Source: Felis catus
Lineage: Eukaryota
Direction: 5' to 3'
NCBI RefSeq assembly: GCF_018350175.1
Contig: NC_058373.1
Span: 35,836,001 to 35,900,000 of the forward strand
Length of the DNA stretch: 64,000 bases
Shown here: positions 21,936-32,863 of the stretch, one piece after another
How positions within the stretch are numbered: position 1 is the first letter of the stretch
Layout: every line of letters begins with the position of its first letter
The notes under the pieces: model-generated
Told to the model about the DNA's origin: nothing
Seen by the model: the letters and a program-made list of their open reading frames with translations, nothing else
The model's database searches: none
Program-made: the position numbers and the translations under genes

Positions 21936-24059
21936 TCCTACACGCGCGCGCGCACACACACACACACACTTGAAGTGTGCCATCCTTTTAAGGCACTTGA
22001 CACATTTCTACAAATTGCTAGGACCATGCCAGACACAACTCTCTTTTTAAGGGTGGGCAAACTGAGGCCCAAAGGGAAGATAACCCTGGGTCAAGATCAA
22101 GCAGCATCTTAATGGTAGATGTAGGGCTAGAATCCTGGCTCTGTCTGCCAGCCCAAGACCGGTGCAGAGACAACGGGGTCATGCTCATGGAATTGAACTT
22201 CCGACTCAGGGAGTGACGAAGAAGCACCAGTAGGGGTCATCAGGAAGTCTACTTGGACAAGGCGGGCTTGCCCCAAAACCTGTTCCTGATCACAACACTT
22301 GCAAGACTGTGCGGGAGTTCCTGAGTGACTCATGGAATCGATTAATCCATGGGAGAAGGAGAGCCAGGGGCCGGGGTTCCAGCATCTGACCTTCCTGTCG
22401 CTTGCCAGGGACCTTGGGCCAATGACTGTCTGACTTGAGTTTGACTCATGATCTCCGGGATCCCTTCCAGCTTCTGTACTCCGCATACAGGCAATGAAGG
22501 AAGCTTTATTACCTACCGCTGATACGGGAACCCCTCTACAGAGCAAAGGGTCTCTGTTTGGGGAGATACCTTAAGGAGCGGATGGGGAGGTCTGAAGGCA
22601 CGGGGGTGTGCCCATTCCAAGGTCTCTAAGGCAAAGGCTGACCCACCCTGCAGGAAATGAGGAAGGAAACTGGGGAGTGCTTAAAAAAGGGAATCAGAGA
22701 AGGTCGGGGGGGGGGGAGGGGCTTGGGGAGCAGAAGGTACGTTTAGAAGCTGTAGCTACCTGGAGTAGTGGGGTGGCCAGAGGGGCATTTTAAGAATGGA
22801 AACACCTGATGTTCAACTTGAAGTTGTTTGCACCGCCGTGATATAAATCCTTCCTTCGTTCCCACCCCCGTCCCACCCTGTATCTTCAAATAAATCTGCC
22901 TCACCCACGAATGCTTTGTGCCAGCGAGCTGTTCCACGGAAAATGAGAAGTGGCTGAGCTTGCTGTCTGGGTCCATGTGCTGTGAGATGAAGACGGGAGG
23001 AGCCTGAGGCAGCAGGAGCCAGGAGACTCTGTGTCCCCTAGAGAGTCTCAGAGACCTCGGGGGACTCACGGCTGCGGCTCCACGGAGAAGGAACTTTGGG
23101 GGTCTAAGTCAATCTTAACCTGGATCTCAAGAGGCAGAGAAGCCCCCCCCCATAACATGTAAGCTGATTTCGATCATATGAAATATTTATGTTGTACCTA
23201 GTACGTGTCCCACCGTGAGCTCCGGGCTGTGGGAACTCCGAGAAGCGGGAGGTAGTGATGATTACATTTTACTGGGTCTGATCAGGACCCTGGCAGCTTG
23301 TTAAAGATGGAGGTTCCCAGGCTTAATGCCACAGACTTCTTCGATTCGGGAGGACTTTGACAGACCCTGGGGCATGGTGGTGACACGAGCCAGCCCTCAA
23401 GGAGCCTACGATGTCACTGACGACTTTAGTAACGGGATTCACCTCCAGGCTTCTGGCCTTCCTCTGGCCACTGACAGTTCCTATGGGCCCCTGAGTCCCC
23501 AGACCCAGCAGAGAGCAGCCAGTCTCAACCGAGAGCCACAGGTCTTTGTGTCTTTTGGCATAGCTACTCTTCTTTGCCCATGCTAGCCCTCAGGAATGCT
23601 GTCCCTTCTAGATGGAAAACCATAGACTTGAGCTCTACAACCCATGGTACACACCTGGTCTCATGTCCTCAGCGTCCAGGCCCGTTTCCAAGACTTGACT
23701 CCTTCCCTGCCGGGACCAGTGATCCCACCTGTCTTTCTCTGCCTCAGCCGGCCCCTTTGGAATAACCCCGGCTAGCTTGCCTTACAGACCTGCTTCCAGG
23801 ACTTCCTTCGAACGCGGTTTAGTTGCGGGCAGTAAGGCAAAGAATGTCGGAAGGCAGCGAGAAGGATTTCTTTCACATAGCCAAGCATCATCCGGGACGC
23901 TAGAGCCAGACGGGGACCAAAGTGTCAGAAGCGTCCACCCAGGAAGTCAGCCCAATGAAAGGAAGAGGGTTCTGTAGGCCGGGGTAGGGGCAAGCTTCTG
24001 AGAAGGATATAAAATGGAATCACGATGGAGAAAAAAAAAAAAAGGAAAGGGAGTCAGAG

Positions 24060-24480
24060 TTCCATTTGTTCATTCATTCACTCATTCATTCATGCAACAG
24101 GCATGTGCTGAGGCCCTTCTGTATAGGGATAGAAGCATCAATGAGTTCAGCCTTTTCCTTAAGGACCATACCATCTAGCAGGGGATGGAAGGGGTCCTTG
24201 AAGGCTGGTAAGATTCTGAGCATCGAAAGTTGATAGAAAGGCGTTCCAGGCAGGGAGAACAGCTCGAGCGAAAGCGTGCAAGCAAATGGAAGGTTCCATT
24301 TGCTCAAGAGCCAGTGGGTTGATCGACCTGGGTAGAATAGAAGTTTATGGAAATATGTTCTAATTCGACCTATCTTTCCTGTGCTCCGAGCCAGGCCCGG
24401 GCCAGGTGCTGGGGACTTAAGGTGAAGAAAGCAATCTCTGCCCTCAATTGCCGGAACTGATATTATCATTCTAGAAAGCG
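24060..24480 (-). mobile_element. L2 3' end fragments
   Basis: (TTCA)n CAACAGGCATGTGCTGAG, and TTCCAGGCAGGGAGAACAGC. Confidence 0.7.
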
Positions 24481-26214
24481 GCAAGGGAGCCACATGACAA
24501 CCACCTCCCCTCACAAAGCATTACGGGCGGTCAGCGTGGGTTACCCAGCAGACCCAGGCGGCCTCACCTCCCAGCCAACGGACAGCAGAGCTAGGGCAGG
24601 GAGGCCCTCGCCGCCTAGTAAGAGATGAAACTTAGTTGGGGGGGAGATGACCTCCCTGTGCCGCAATGAAGTCCCTGGCTCCCCCTGAAGGAGGCAGAGC
24701 CTTAAGGCAAACAGCCCAAGAAAGACAAACAGCAGGGCGGCGCTCTTGAAGACATGATGACCCACATGTACAAATGCAAAGCCCCTCCAGAGGCAAGGCA
24801 GGGTGTGATCCCAAAGGGTACTACGTTCCCCTGCAAAATGGCCCTGGTCTGAGCAGGCTGTGAATCTCTCGGATTCATGCAGTGAAGGCTTCTCAGGTCA
24901 GGGCCAGGGAATCCTGGATGGTTTTAGTACTTTCTGGTCTTGTCGCCCATCTTTTTGATGCTATTGTCAGTGAGGTCTGAAAAGTCAAGGGGTGGGGGTG
25001 GTTCTAGATGGTGACGCGTGATACCTGGAAGGCAGGCAAGAAGGAAGCCAAGAACCGGAAGAACAACTTGTGGGTGGGGCATGGAGCTTTGGAAGAAAGT
25101 GCCCTCACCTGGGAGTCGGGAAGTCTCCCCCCCCACCCCCACCCCCACCCCCCCACCCCACCCCCGCTCTGTTCCAGCAGGCTGTGTGACCTCGGGCAAG
25201 TCCCTTCCCCTCTCTGGGCCCGCTCCTCAGTTGGCCACTTTCCTCCCCATACCGGGCCAGCGCCCATAACTCTGTAAGAAAGTATTACTTTTACTTTTAA
25301 AGAAGGATTGTTACTTTTGAAAGAAGTAACAGGGGAAGGGGTAGACGAATGCTGGGGCTGTGGGCAGAGGAGTTTCCAGGAGCAGATCCTGAAATTTTGC
25401 CAACGGAACCAGAGGCTGTTAGAAAATGGCCCTGTGACAGGAGGAAGGTCCAAGGGTGGTTCTCGAAACAAACGGCGTGGGGTGGCGGGTGCATTTCATT
25501 CAGTTTGGGGGCAGAGCTGGCTTTCTCGCGCCTGCCAACACAGCCTGTGAGCTGAGAGGGCCTCCCAAGGGCCCTGGGAGTCGCTGAAGGAGGGAAGATC
25601 AGGGCAGGACCCTGTATCCGTATATATGCCTATATCCAGCTTATATCCTAAAGGTGTATATATCATATATCATATAAACATATATCCAGCTTGCCTTCAG
25701 CTTGGGACGGGGGAAGAGGGAGGGTCCTGGACTTCCTCTATGCCTCTTTGCCAGTAGGCACCTTAAGTAAAACTCCTTTGGGGGGTTCCCCAGGGTCATT
25801 TACAGCTGGTGGAGCAGAGCCTTCCCCCCACGGGCTCACTGCCTCTGCCCAGCATTCAGCATTCACTGACATTTACTGAGCCTGTGGACCCGTGTCCTCA
25901 GCCCCAAAGCCATTGTGTGAATTAGACTTTTCTCAAAACAGAACGTTCCCAGAGTCTGGACAAAGGTCAGGAATGCTTGCTTTTGAAACGTCTCTCCTTT
26001 GCCTCGTGTTATGTCCCTTCCAGAGCGCAAAGCCTTGATCTCCTGCTCGGAGGGGGTCTGGGTGACGGCCAAGCCTGGTGGTGATGACCTGTCAAGCCAG
26101 TGGGGCCGCACCTCCACGAGTGATTTACAGCAAGGTCTCTTCCGTGTGGTAAATGTAGAGTTTGGGACCAGGGGTCCAGAGGTCGGTGGCCCAGAACTCA
26201 GCTGGCTGTGAGGA

Positions 26215-26372
26215 GAGAAGGTCAAGGAGAGAGGGGGGAGGGGACGAAAGAGGAGAGGGGGAGAGAGGGAAGGGGGAAGAAGAAGGAGGGGAGAGGAGAG
26301 GAAAGGAAGAGGAAGGAGGAGGGGGGAAGGAGGGAGTGGGGGGAGAGAGGCAGGGGGAGGGGGAGAGGGAGC
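26215..26372. repeat. Polypurine (GA-rich) low-complexity tract
   Basis: About 155 nt almost exclusively G/A. Confidence 0.9.
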
Positions 26373-27859
26373 CCTTTCATTGCCCGAAGGCTCAGTTTCG
26401 TCACCTGCAAAATGAGAATACTGTCACCCTACGTCAGGCCTGGGAGAGTGGAAAGCATAACTTCTGTGAAAACCCCCATACAAAGCTGGTATTCTGAGAC
26501 TCCAGAACATCAAAGAAGGGAGGGAACTGACGGGGACCCACCGCTGGTAACAGGCAGAGCCAAGATTGGAGCCCAGGGGAGTCAGAGTCCAAAGTCAGCA
26601 CTTGGCACACCAAACGGCTGCGCCCTAACCTTCCTGGAGATAATGTCACCGAGCCTAAGACTTAGTCACATGGTCTTTCCAGACGCCTCGGTGACTTCCA
26701 CCTCGGGGTGCTCAGAATCCCCCACAGACCCCAAATGATAACCCAGGGAAAAACCAACTCTTGCAGGGGACTCACCAGAGGAAATGACCTGGGGAAAGAC
26801 GGGAGGAAGAGTCAGCGGGGGGGTTGGGGGGGGGTGGGGAAGACCCTGCGAGGCCCACGTTTCTCTTCAGGCTGATGCTACCTAAGAACGGCAGGCCACA
26901 GAGGCGGCCCAGCCGTCCTCACCTGCCCCACCCCAGGTACATGCCAGGTCCCCCATGGTTTTCTCTCTCCTTGAAACCTCAGTGCCAGCACAGGAGCCCC
27001 CAGGCCTCCCTCTTACCGTCAGCCAGCAGCTAGCATGCGGACCCTGCGGTCACCTGCTAGGCTGGGAGGTAGCATCGGGCTTTGGGGTCTGTCCCTCTGC
27101 AGCGGTGGCTTATCTGAAGACACGCACGAGGGAACGAGAAGTTTCCCAACCGAGGTAGAGATTAACATAACTTGTATAATTCCCAAGACACAACCTCAGT
27201 TACTTCTAAATGTGTGGTCCAGAAGACGAGCAGGGCTCTTTTCCCTTCACTAAACAAAGAGATCAGCGTGATCTGGAAGCTTCCTGGGGTGGGGGGTGAC
27301 AGTATGTTTGCTGCAGGGTCTCCATGTCCCAGGCATTGGGTCTTCAGGTCCATTCGACCTCAAACCACCCACAGGAGAGGCAGGACTTAGTCTCTTGCGG
27401 GTGACAAAACTGAAACTCCAAGAGTATAAACGGCTTGCCCAAGGGCACGCCAGATTCCAGCGTAAGGTTGTTTCCGACGAAAGCCGGGCCTCGTTTTGGA
27501 TTTTCCCCACCAAAAAAAGAACCGATCTCCTGGCTCTCCGCCCAAGATCATGGTGCTCCTAAAATCTCCTGGATCCAAAGTCCTCGGCCAGCTCTGCACT
27601 TAATTCAACATAGAGGCTGAGTGCTCCTGGATTTGTTTTCATGACCCCACTGGGGAGCAAAGGTTAAAGTCAATCATCAGGGAGGAAGAAATGTTCAATG
27701 TATTTGTTAAAGTTTATCAGCATTGAGGTGCCAGTTAGCAACCAAGCATCAGCCCGGGGCCCACGCCGGGCAACCAGCCTGGGTGGGTTGGACAAGACAG
27801 GAAACAGAAGAGTACAACTGGTGACAGTTTTTAATCAAGTACACAGAAACATAGCCTCA

Positions 27860-28020
27860 CCGCTACATGATATCAGGCAAGGGTTTTAATCTCTCTGGGG
27901 CCTCACTTCCTCATCTGCAAAATGGGGACAGTGACACTGTCTTCTTACAGTCACCGTGAGGATTACATGAGGCCATCACAATAAACTGTTTAGAGGAACA
28001 AGCTCTTAATAAGCCCTACT
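27860..28020 (+). mobile_element. MIR
   Basis: TTAATCTCTCTGGGGCCTCACTTCCTCATCTGCAAAATGGGGACAGTGACA..GTGAGGATTACATGAG. Confidence 0.85.
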
Positions 28021-28064
28021 TACTATCATTGTTGTTGCACGGGAGCTTGGGGACTGATACATAT

Positions 28065-28294
28065 TTATGTATTTATTTATTTTTTAATGTTTTTTTTTTT
28101 TTGAGAGAGAGAGACAGAGAGACAGAGAGCAACCAGGGGAGGGGCAGAGAGAGAGGGAGACCCAGAATTGGAAGCAGGCTCCAGGCTCGGAGCCGTCAGC
28201 ACAAGCGCCCGACGCAGGGCTCGAACTCACGAGCCGTGAGATCACGACCTGAGCCGAAGTCGGACGCTCAACCGACTGAGCCACCCCGGTGCCC
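28065..28294 (-). mobile_element. Can-SINE
   Basis: Antisense head, GA tract and T tail. Confidence 0.93.
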
Positions 28295-28499
28295 CGGGGG
28301 GGGACATGTTTCTAATACATATTTGACGCCAGATGCCATTTGAACAAAGTATGGCACGCCTTGAATGCTTTGCGCAGTGAGATGGCGGCCATTCTTTGAC
28401 ATTATTTGGCAACTCCCAGGAAAGTATATTGACCTCTGCCACCTTTATAGCTGAGAGAACGTGGGCCCCTTGCCTGGCTTTTTGTAAAGCCTGTCAGCC

Positions 28500-28560
28500 C
28501 ATGCTCTGTCTGTCTCTCTCTCTCAAAAATAAACATTTAAACAAAGCTTAAAAAAAAAAA
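28500..28560 (+). mobile_element. Can-SINE 3' fragment
   Basis: CATGCTCTGTCTGTCTCTCTCTCTCAAAAATAAAC followed by poly(A), with no head. Confidence 0.7.
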
Positions 28561-28644
28561 GATAGGTGAACAAATTCTGACTATATTTCTCGGAGGAAGG
28601 AAGGAAGGAAGAGAGGGAGGGAGGGGGAGAAAGGAAAAGTGCTT

Positions 28645-29542
28645 GGACTGAAATTTAAGATACCACAAGAAGAGGGGCGCCTGGGTGGCGCAGTCGGTTA
28701 AGCGGCCGACTTCAGCCAGGTCATGATCTCGCGGTCCGTGAGTTCGAGCCCCGCGTCAGGCTCTGGGCTGATGGCTCGGAGCCTGGAGCCTGTTTCCGAT
28801 TCTGTGTCTCCCTCTCTCTCTCTGCCCCTCCCCCGTTCATGCTCTGTCTCTCTCTGTCCCAAAAATAAATAAAAACGTTGAAAAAAAATTAAAAAAAAAA
28901 AAAAGATACCACAAGAAGAAAAAGATTGTGGCATCATTTGCTTGCCCCTGTTTATTTTCTGAGTGTCAGGATGACCGTACTTTGATCTGCAGTAGTTTTC
29001 TTTTTTTTTTTTAAGGACGTTATATTATCCTTTTTTCACAGGTCATTGGTAACATTAATTACCTAAGTAGAACTAAAACTTCAGGGTTAAGTGCGATTGC
29101 TGACTTGTTTGCATTTTTTTCCGCCATCCCAATTAATCCACGTGGCTGGAAAGTCCACCGTGAAGAACACCCAGAAGGTTCCAGGGACCCATTAGAGGCA
29201 TTGCCAATTAAACCACTGCTCTGTGAGAATCATTAACAAATGACATTGACGAAATCCAAAGTATCCGTATATTTGCATGGAATGGTACAACATGTCTACA
29301 TGTTTTTCTGCAGACTGTTATCTGTTCATTTTATTTTTGACAATCCCTGCCCCGGTATCTCAAGCAGAACAGTCTTCCTCTGAATTCAAACCAATTAAAA
29401 ACTATCTAAGGAACCCTCTGTGACAACAGCGTTTAACAGAATTAACGCCGCTCCCTGTAGAAACAAGGCAGCGAAAGTTGAGAAACTTGCCGATGCTCTC
29501 GCTAAAGCCAAATCACAACGGAAGGCGCTAGTTTGCTCCTAA
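28645..29542 (+). pseudogene. Fossil hAT transposase C-terminal region (hAT-Tip100/Zaphod-like, with hATC dimerisation domain)
   Basis: From 29292 the frame reads MSTCFSADCYLFILFLTIPAPVSQAEQSSSEFKPIKNYLRNPL*QQRLTELTPLPVE, then after a -1 shift NKAAKVEKLADALAKAKSQRK. This matches the hATC pattern FLTIPVTVASAERSFSKLKLIKNYLRSTMxQERLxxLAxLSIE. Upstream collinear fragments are SLVTLIT*VELK, SGLSAIADLFAFF and SLTNDIDEIQSI. Confidence 0.85.
28674..28902 (+). mobile_element. Young SINEC_Fc inserted in the transposase fossil
   Basis: Perfect 17-bp TSD AAGATACCACAAGAAGA at 28657-28673 and 28903-28919. Confidence 0.97.
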
Positions 29543-29829
29543 TTTCCAAATCTGTCTGTGTTGACTGAATGTCTGGGTGCTGACATGTCTTACTTTAGAG
29601 GATAAGTTTTGAAGTTTATTTCGATAGGTTTTTTTTGTTGTTGTTGTTGTTGTATCAGGAAAGATCGTGTTTAGTAATTAATACAGTTTCTTACTTTACC
29701 GGTTTTGTCCGATGATGCCATCACACTGGAAGAGAATCTACAATGGTTATATCTGTGTGGCAAAGCGCAAAAACTAAGCCATTATGGTGGTTCAGAAGGG
29801 CAGAAGGGGGAAATTGAGGGCTCTATCTG

Positions 29830-30020
29830 TTCTGTGCACCGGACCATGCATTTTACTACATTATTAATTTTTCTCTTCTCAACAACTTTGAAAGGCCAGA
29901 ATATTTACCACCTTTCTTTTTACAAGTGAGGGGGCCTTCACTCAAGGAGGTGAAGTAACCTGCTCAAGGTCACATAACGTGGCCAGACGCCAACCTGCAT
30001 CTGTCCTGCTCCAAAACCTT
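29830..30020 (-). mobile_element. MIR
   Basis: TTTTACAAGTGAGG..CTCAAGGAGGTGAAGTAACCTGCTCAAGGTCACATAAC. Confidence 0.8.
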
Positions 30021-30544
30021 CATAAGGTCAAAGAGGGCCCTTTCCCACGAACCCAGATCACGGGATGTTTCCTGCCTGCCTAATGACTGTCTGAAATGGT
30101 GGAGCCGGGGGTCACTGAGGCAGAACTTGGCCTTCTGACATGATCCGAGGGCACATTTGGCATCAGTCCAATCCCCTGGCATAGCTCCAAGCACGGCCCC
30201 ATTTGAGTTGAGGGCGCTTACAACATTAGCTCACCCCATTAGGGCGGCAAAGTAGGCGCTCAAAGGAGAGACTTGGGCGTGAGTCTCAGCTCTGTCATAC
30301 GTAGACCTTGGGCTAAGCACCAAAACCCACTGCATCTGCAAAAAAAATTTTTTAAGTGGGTGGTGGGGGTTGGAAATAATCTATCCAACATCAAAAAGCT
30401 GGCGAGAGGAATAAATTAAATGATCCGTGAAAAACCCTTGGGAAAAAAGCATAGACACAGAAGGTGCTTAACGAATGGGGGCCGCATTGAAATCAAGCCT
30501 GCGGTAAAGGGGCCCTGCCCTAGGTTCAGAGCACTGTCTTAGAT

Positions 30545-30690
30545 CCCCCTGCTGTTCAAAGTGCGGGTCCTAGACCAACAGCATCGGCCTCACCGGGAGA
30601 TTGTTAGAAATGCAGGAAACGGGCTGCACCCCAGGCCTCCGGATTTAGAATCTGCATTTGCAACAAGGTTCCAGTTTGAGAAGCACTGCC
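30545..30690. mobile_element. MER5A (internally deleted)
   Basis: TTCAAAGTGCGGGTCCTAGACCAACAGCATCGGCCTCACCGGGAGATTGTTAGAAATGCAG..AATCTGCATTTGCAACAAG..GTTTGAGAAGCACTG. Confidence 0.85.
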
Positions 30691-32826
30691 TTAGACCTCC
30701 CGGTCTGGCTCTCTAGGTCTCCACTGTCAGACAAGGAAGTTAGCGTGGTTCACTCCTCCATTATTCCTTATCAAAAAGTAGAATCCAAAGGGCCCTTGAA
30801 AGTCATCCAATCCCGGAATGCTCAATGCATAACATGGGTGCTTGCTGCCCTTCCCTTCCCGGTGACCGGGGCAGACATCGATAATCAATCATCATCAATC
30901 AGGGAGCTGTTTCACCAAGCTAAGAAGAAGTAGCATCACACTCCAGGAGTGTGTTAATACGGGTGTGAAATCTACTTACGGCGCCCACCGCTTGCCATGT
31001 GGTCTAAGCCCTCTTTTTTCAGAGGTGGACCCTATCTCCGGTTTATGCCTGTTTCCCCAACATTCCATCCCATTTCATATTCTCCCCTACAGAAGTGTTG
31101 AATACATTACACGGTTACACTGACTAAGCAGAAACCGAATGCCATCAGGGTAAAACGATGTCCCCCAAAGTGGAGAATCCCACTCCTCTGCCTCAACTCC
31201 TCTTCTTTTTGTCACGGCCCCACTCCGTTCCACCATCGGCGTTTTAGACCAAGGAAAGGAAGACTCAAAACCCCACTAAGAACCCAGGACGTTCCCGGGA
31301 TGCACTCAAAAGCCAAGGTAGAAACACACTAGAAAGCTTTTACGGTGTTCTAGGACTTTGCACCGCACTCCTATGTGCCCTGGCAACCCAGCCCTGTCTC
31401 CTGCACGCTGAGCCAGCCTCCCTCCTGTGGCCCTCACCCCGTTTCCCAGCGGCCTGCCTCAAACGCTATGTGCAAAGAGTTCCAAACTAGGAGTGATATT
31501 CCGAACTTAATTTTTGTTCAAATGTATGTAATAGGAGACCGATGCCCCCACCAAGCCACTGGGCCAATTAGCCAGCGGGAAGCAGCCCACATTTCTGGAA
31601 GGCAAATCATTGAGAACTGGGATACCATGGAGGCATATCTACAGGCTGGACCCAATTTTAAGTGAAAATTAATGGCAAATTCTTGTAACCACATTAAGGG
31701 CCATTGTCGTTCACTCGAAATCAGTTAAACATGAAAACAGTATGAAAAACATCTTGAGTTTATGGAATATAAATATTTGTCTGTATTTTTTTGCCAGTGC
31801 CCCAGAGAGACTCGGAGGTACCAGCAGATGTGCTCTACAAACATGCTCACAAAGGGGGGTGGAGGTTGGGATAAGGAACCCGATTCTTGTTAGGTCAAAG
31901 CTACTTGTCAACTTTTCCATTTCCTCAGTCGGAAGATAATTAAACAGTAAGCAGATGTCACAATCAAATTGGTTCAAGGAAACATTGCCCAATGACTTAC
32001 AGTGCTTGTGATTTTTAGGAACTGTCCTCAAACAACACTTTGGTTGGTACAGGAGGCAGAAAAGCAGGATTTTCGAGGTCAATCCTGAGCAGAAGGTTTT
32101 GCTCCCAGGGACGCAAAGGCTCTCCTAGCAAAGCCATCTCTATACGGACATGCTTGATATCAGGAAGCAGGCAAGAAAGTTCCTGAAACTCCCGCTTTGG
32201 ACCTATCAGGCTGGAGAGAAGCCTTAGCTTTGTAGAGGGAGAGAAGGAAAAAGGAGATAGACAGAGAGGAGAGGACGGGAAGTCAGGAGATGAAGAAGGG
32301 AAGGCAGAAAGGAGGAGGAGGTGGGCTGAAAGAAGGAGAGAGAAAAAGAATTGAAGATTCAGAGGAAGGCAGTGTCTGGACAGGGAGGGGACCGAATATG
32401 GTACAGTCACAAGGGCGTGGTCTTCAGACCCAAGCCCTTTGGCGCCATGACTTTCCACCTGTAGGACGTTGGACCATTTGGGGACCTCCCTGAATTCATT
32501 CCCTCATCTGATATTTGGAGCCTGGCTCTGTCACGGGCTTGCTGTGAGATTCAGAGTGAGAAACAGAAAGGTCTCAAAACTATAACACGCTGTACGATTG
32601 CCTTAATTTGTCATCAAAGAGCAGAGGGAAATTGAGTGAAAGAGCGTAGAGACAAGGTGAGGTCTCAGGCGGGGTGAGGGAGGACCCTTCTCCGGTTTTC
32701 TGTGTCACAGTCTGTTATAGGGGTCCCACAGTGGTGTCGCCTGGAATCCGGCGTGTTTCCGAGTTTATTAAAAGAGCTCTTTCAGATTCTGCTACAGAAC
32801 CCCCTCCGATAGCGTGTGTGCGTCCG

Positions 32827-32863
<37 letters not shown>
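32827..32863. repeat. (CG)n(CA)n microsatellite
   Basis: Read directly from the sequence. Confidence 0.95.
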
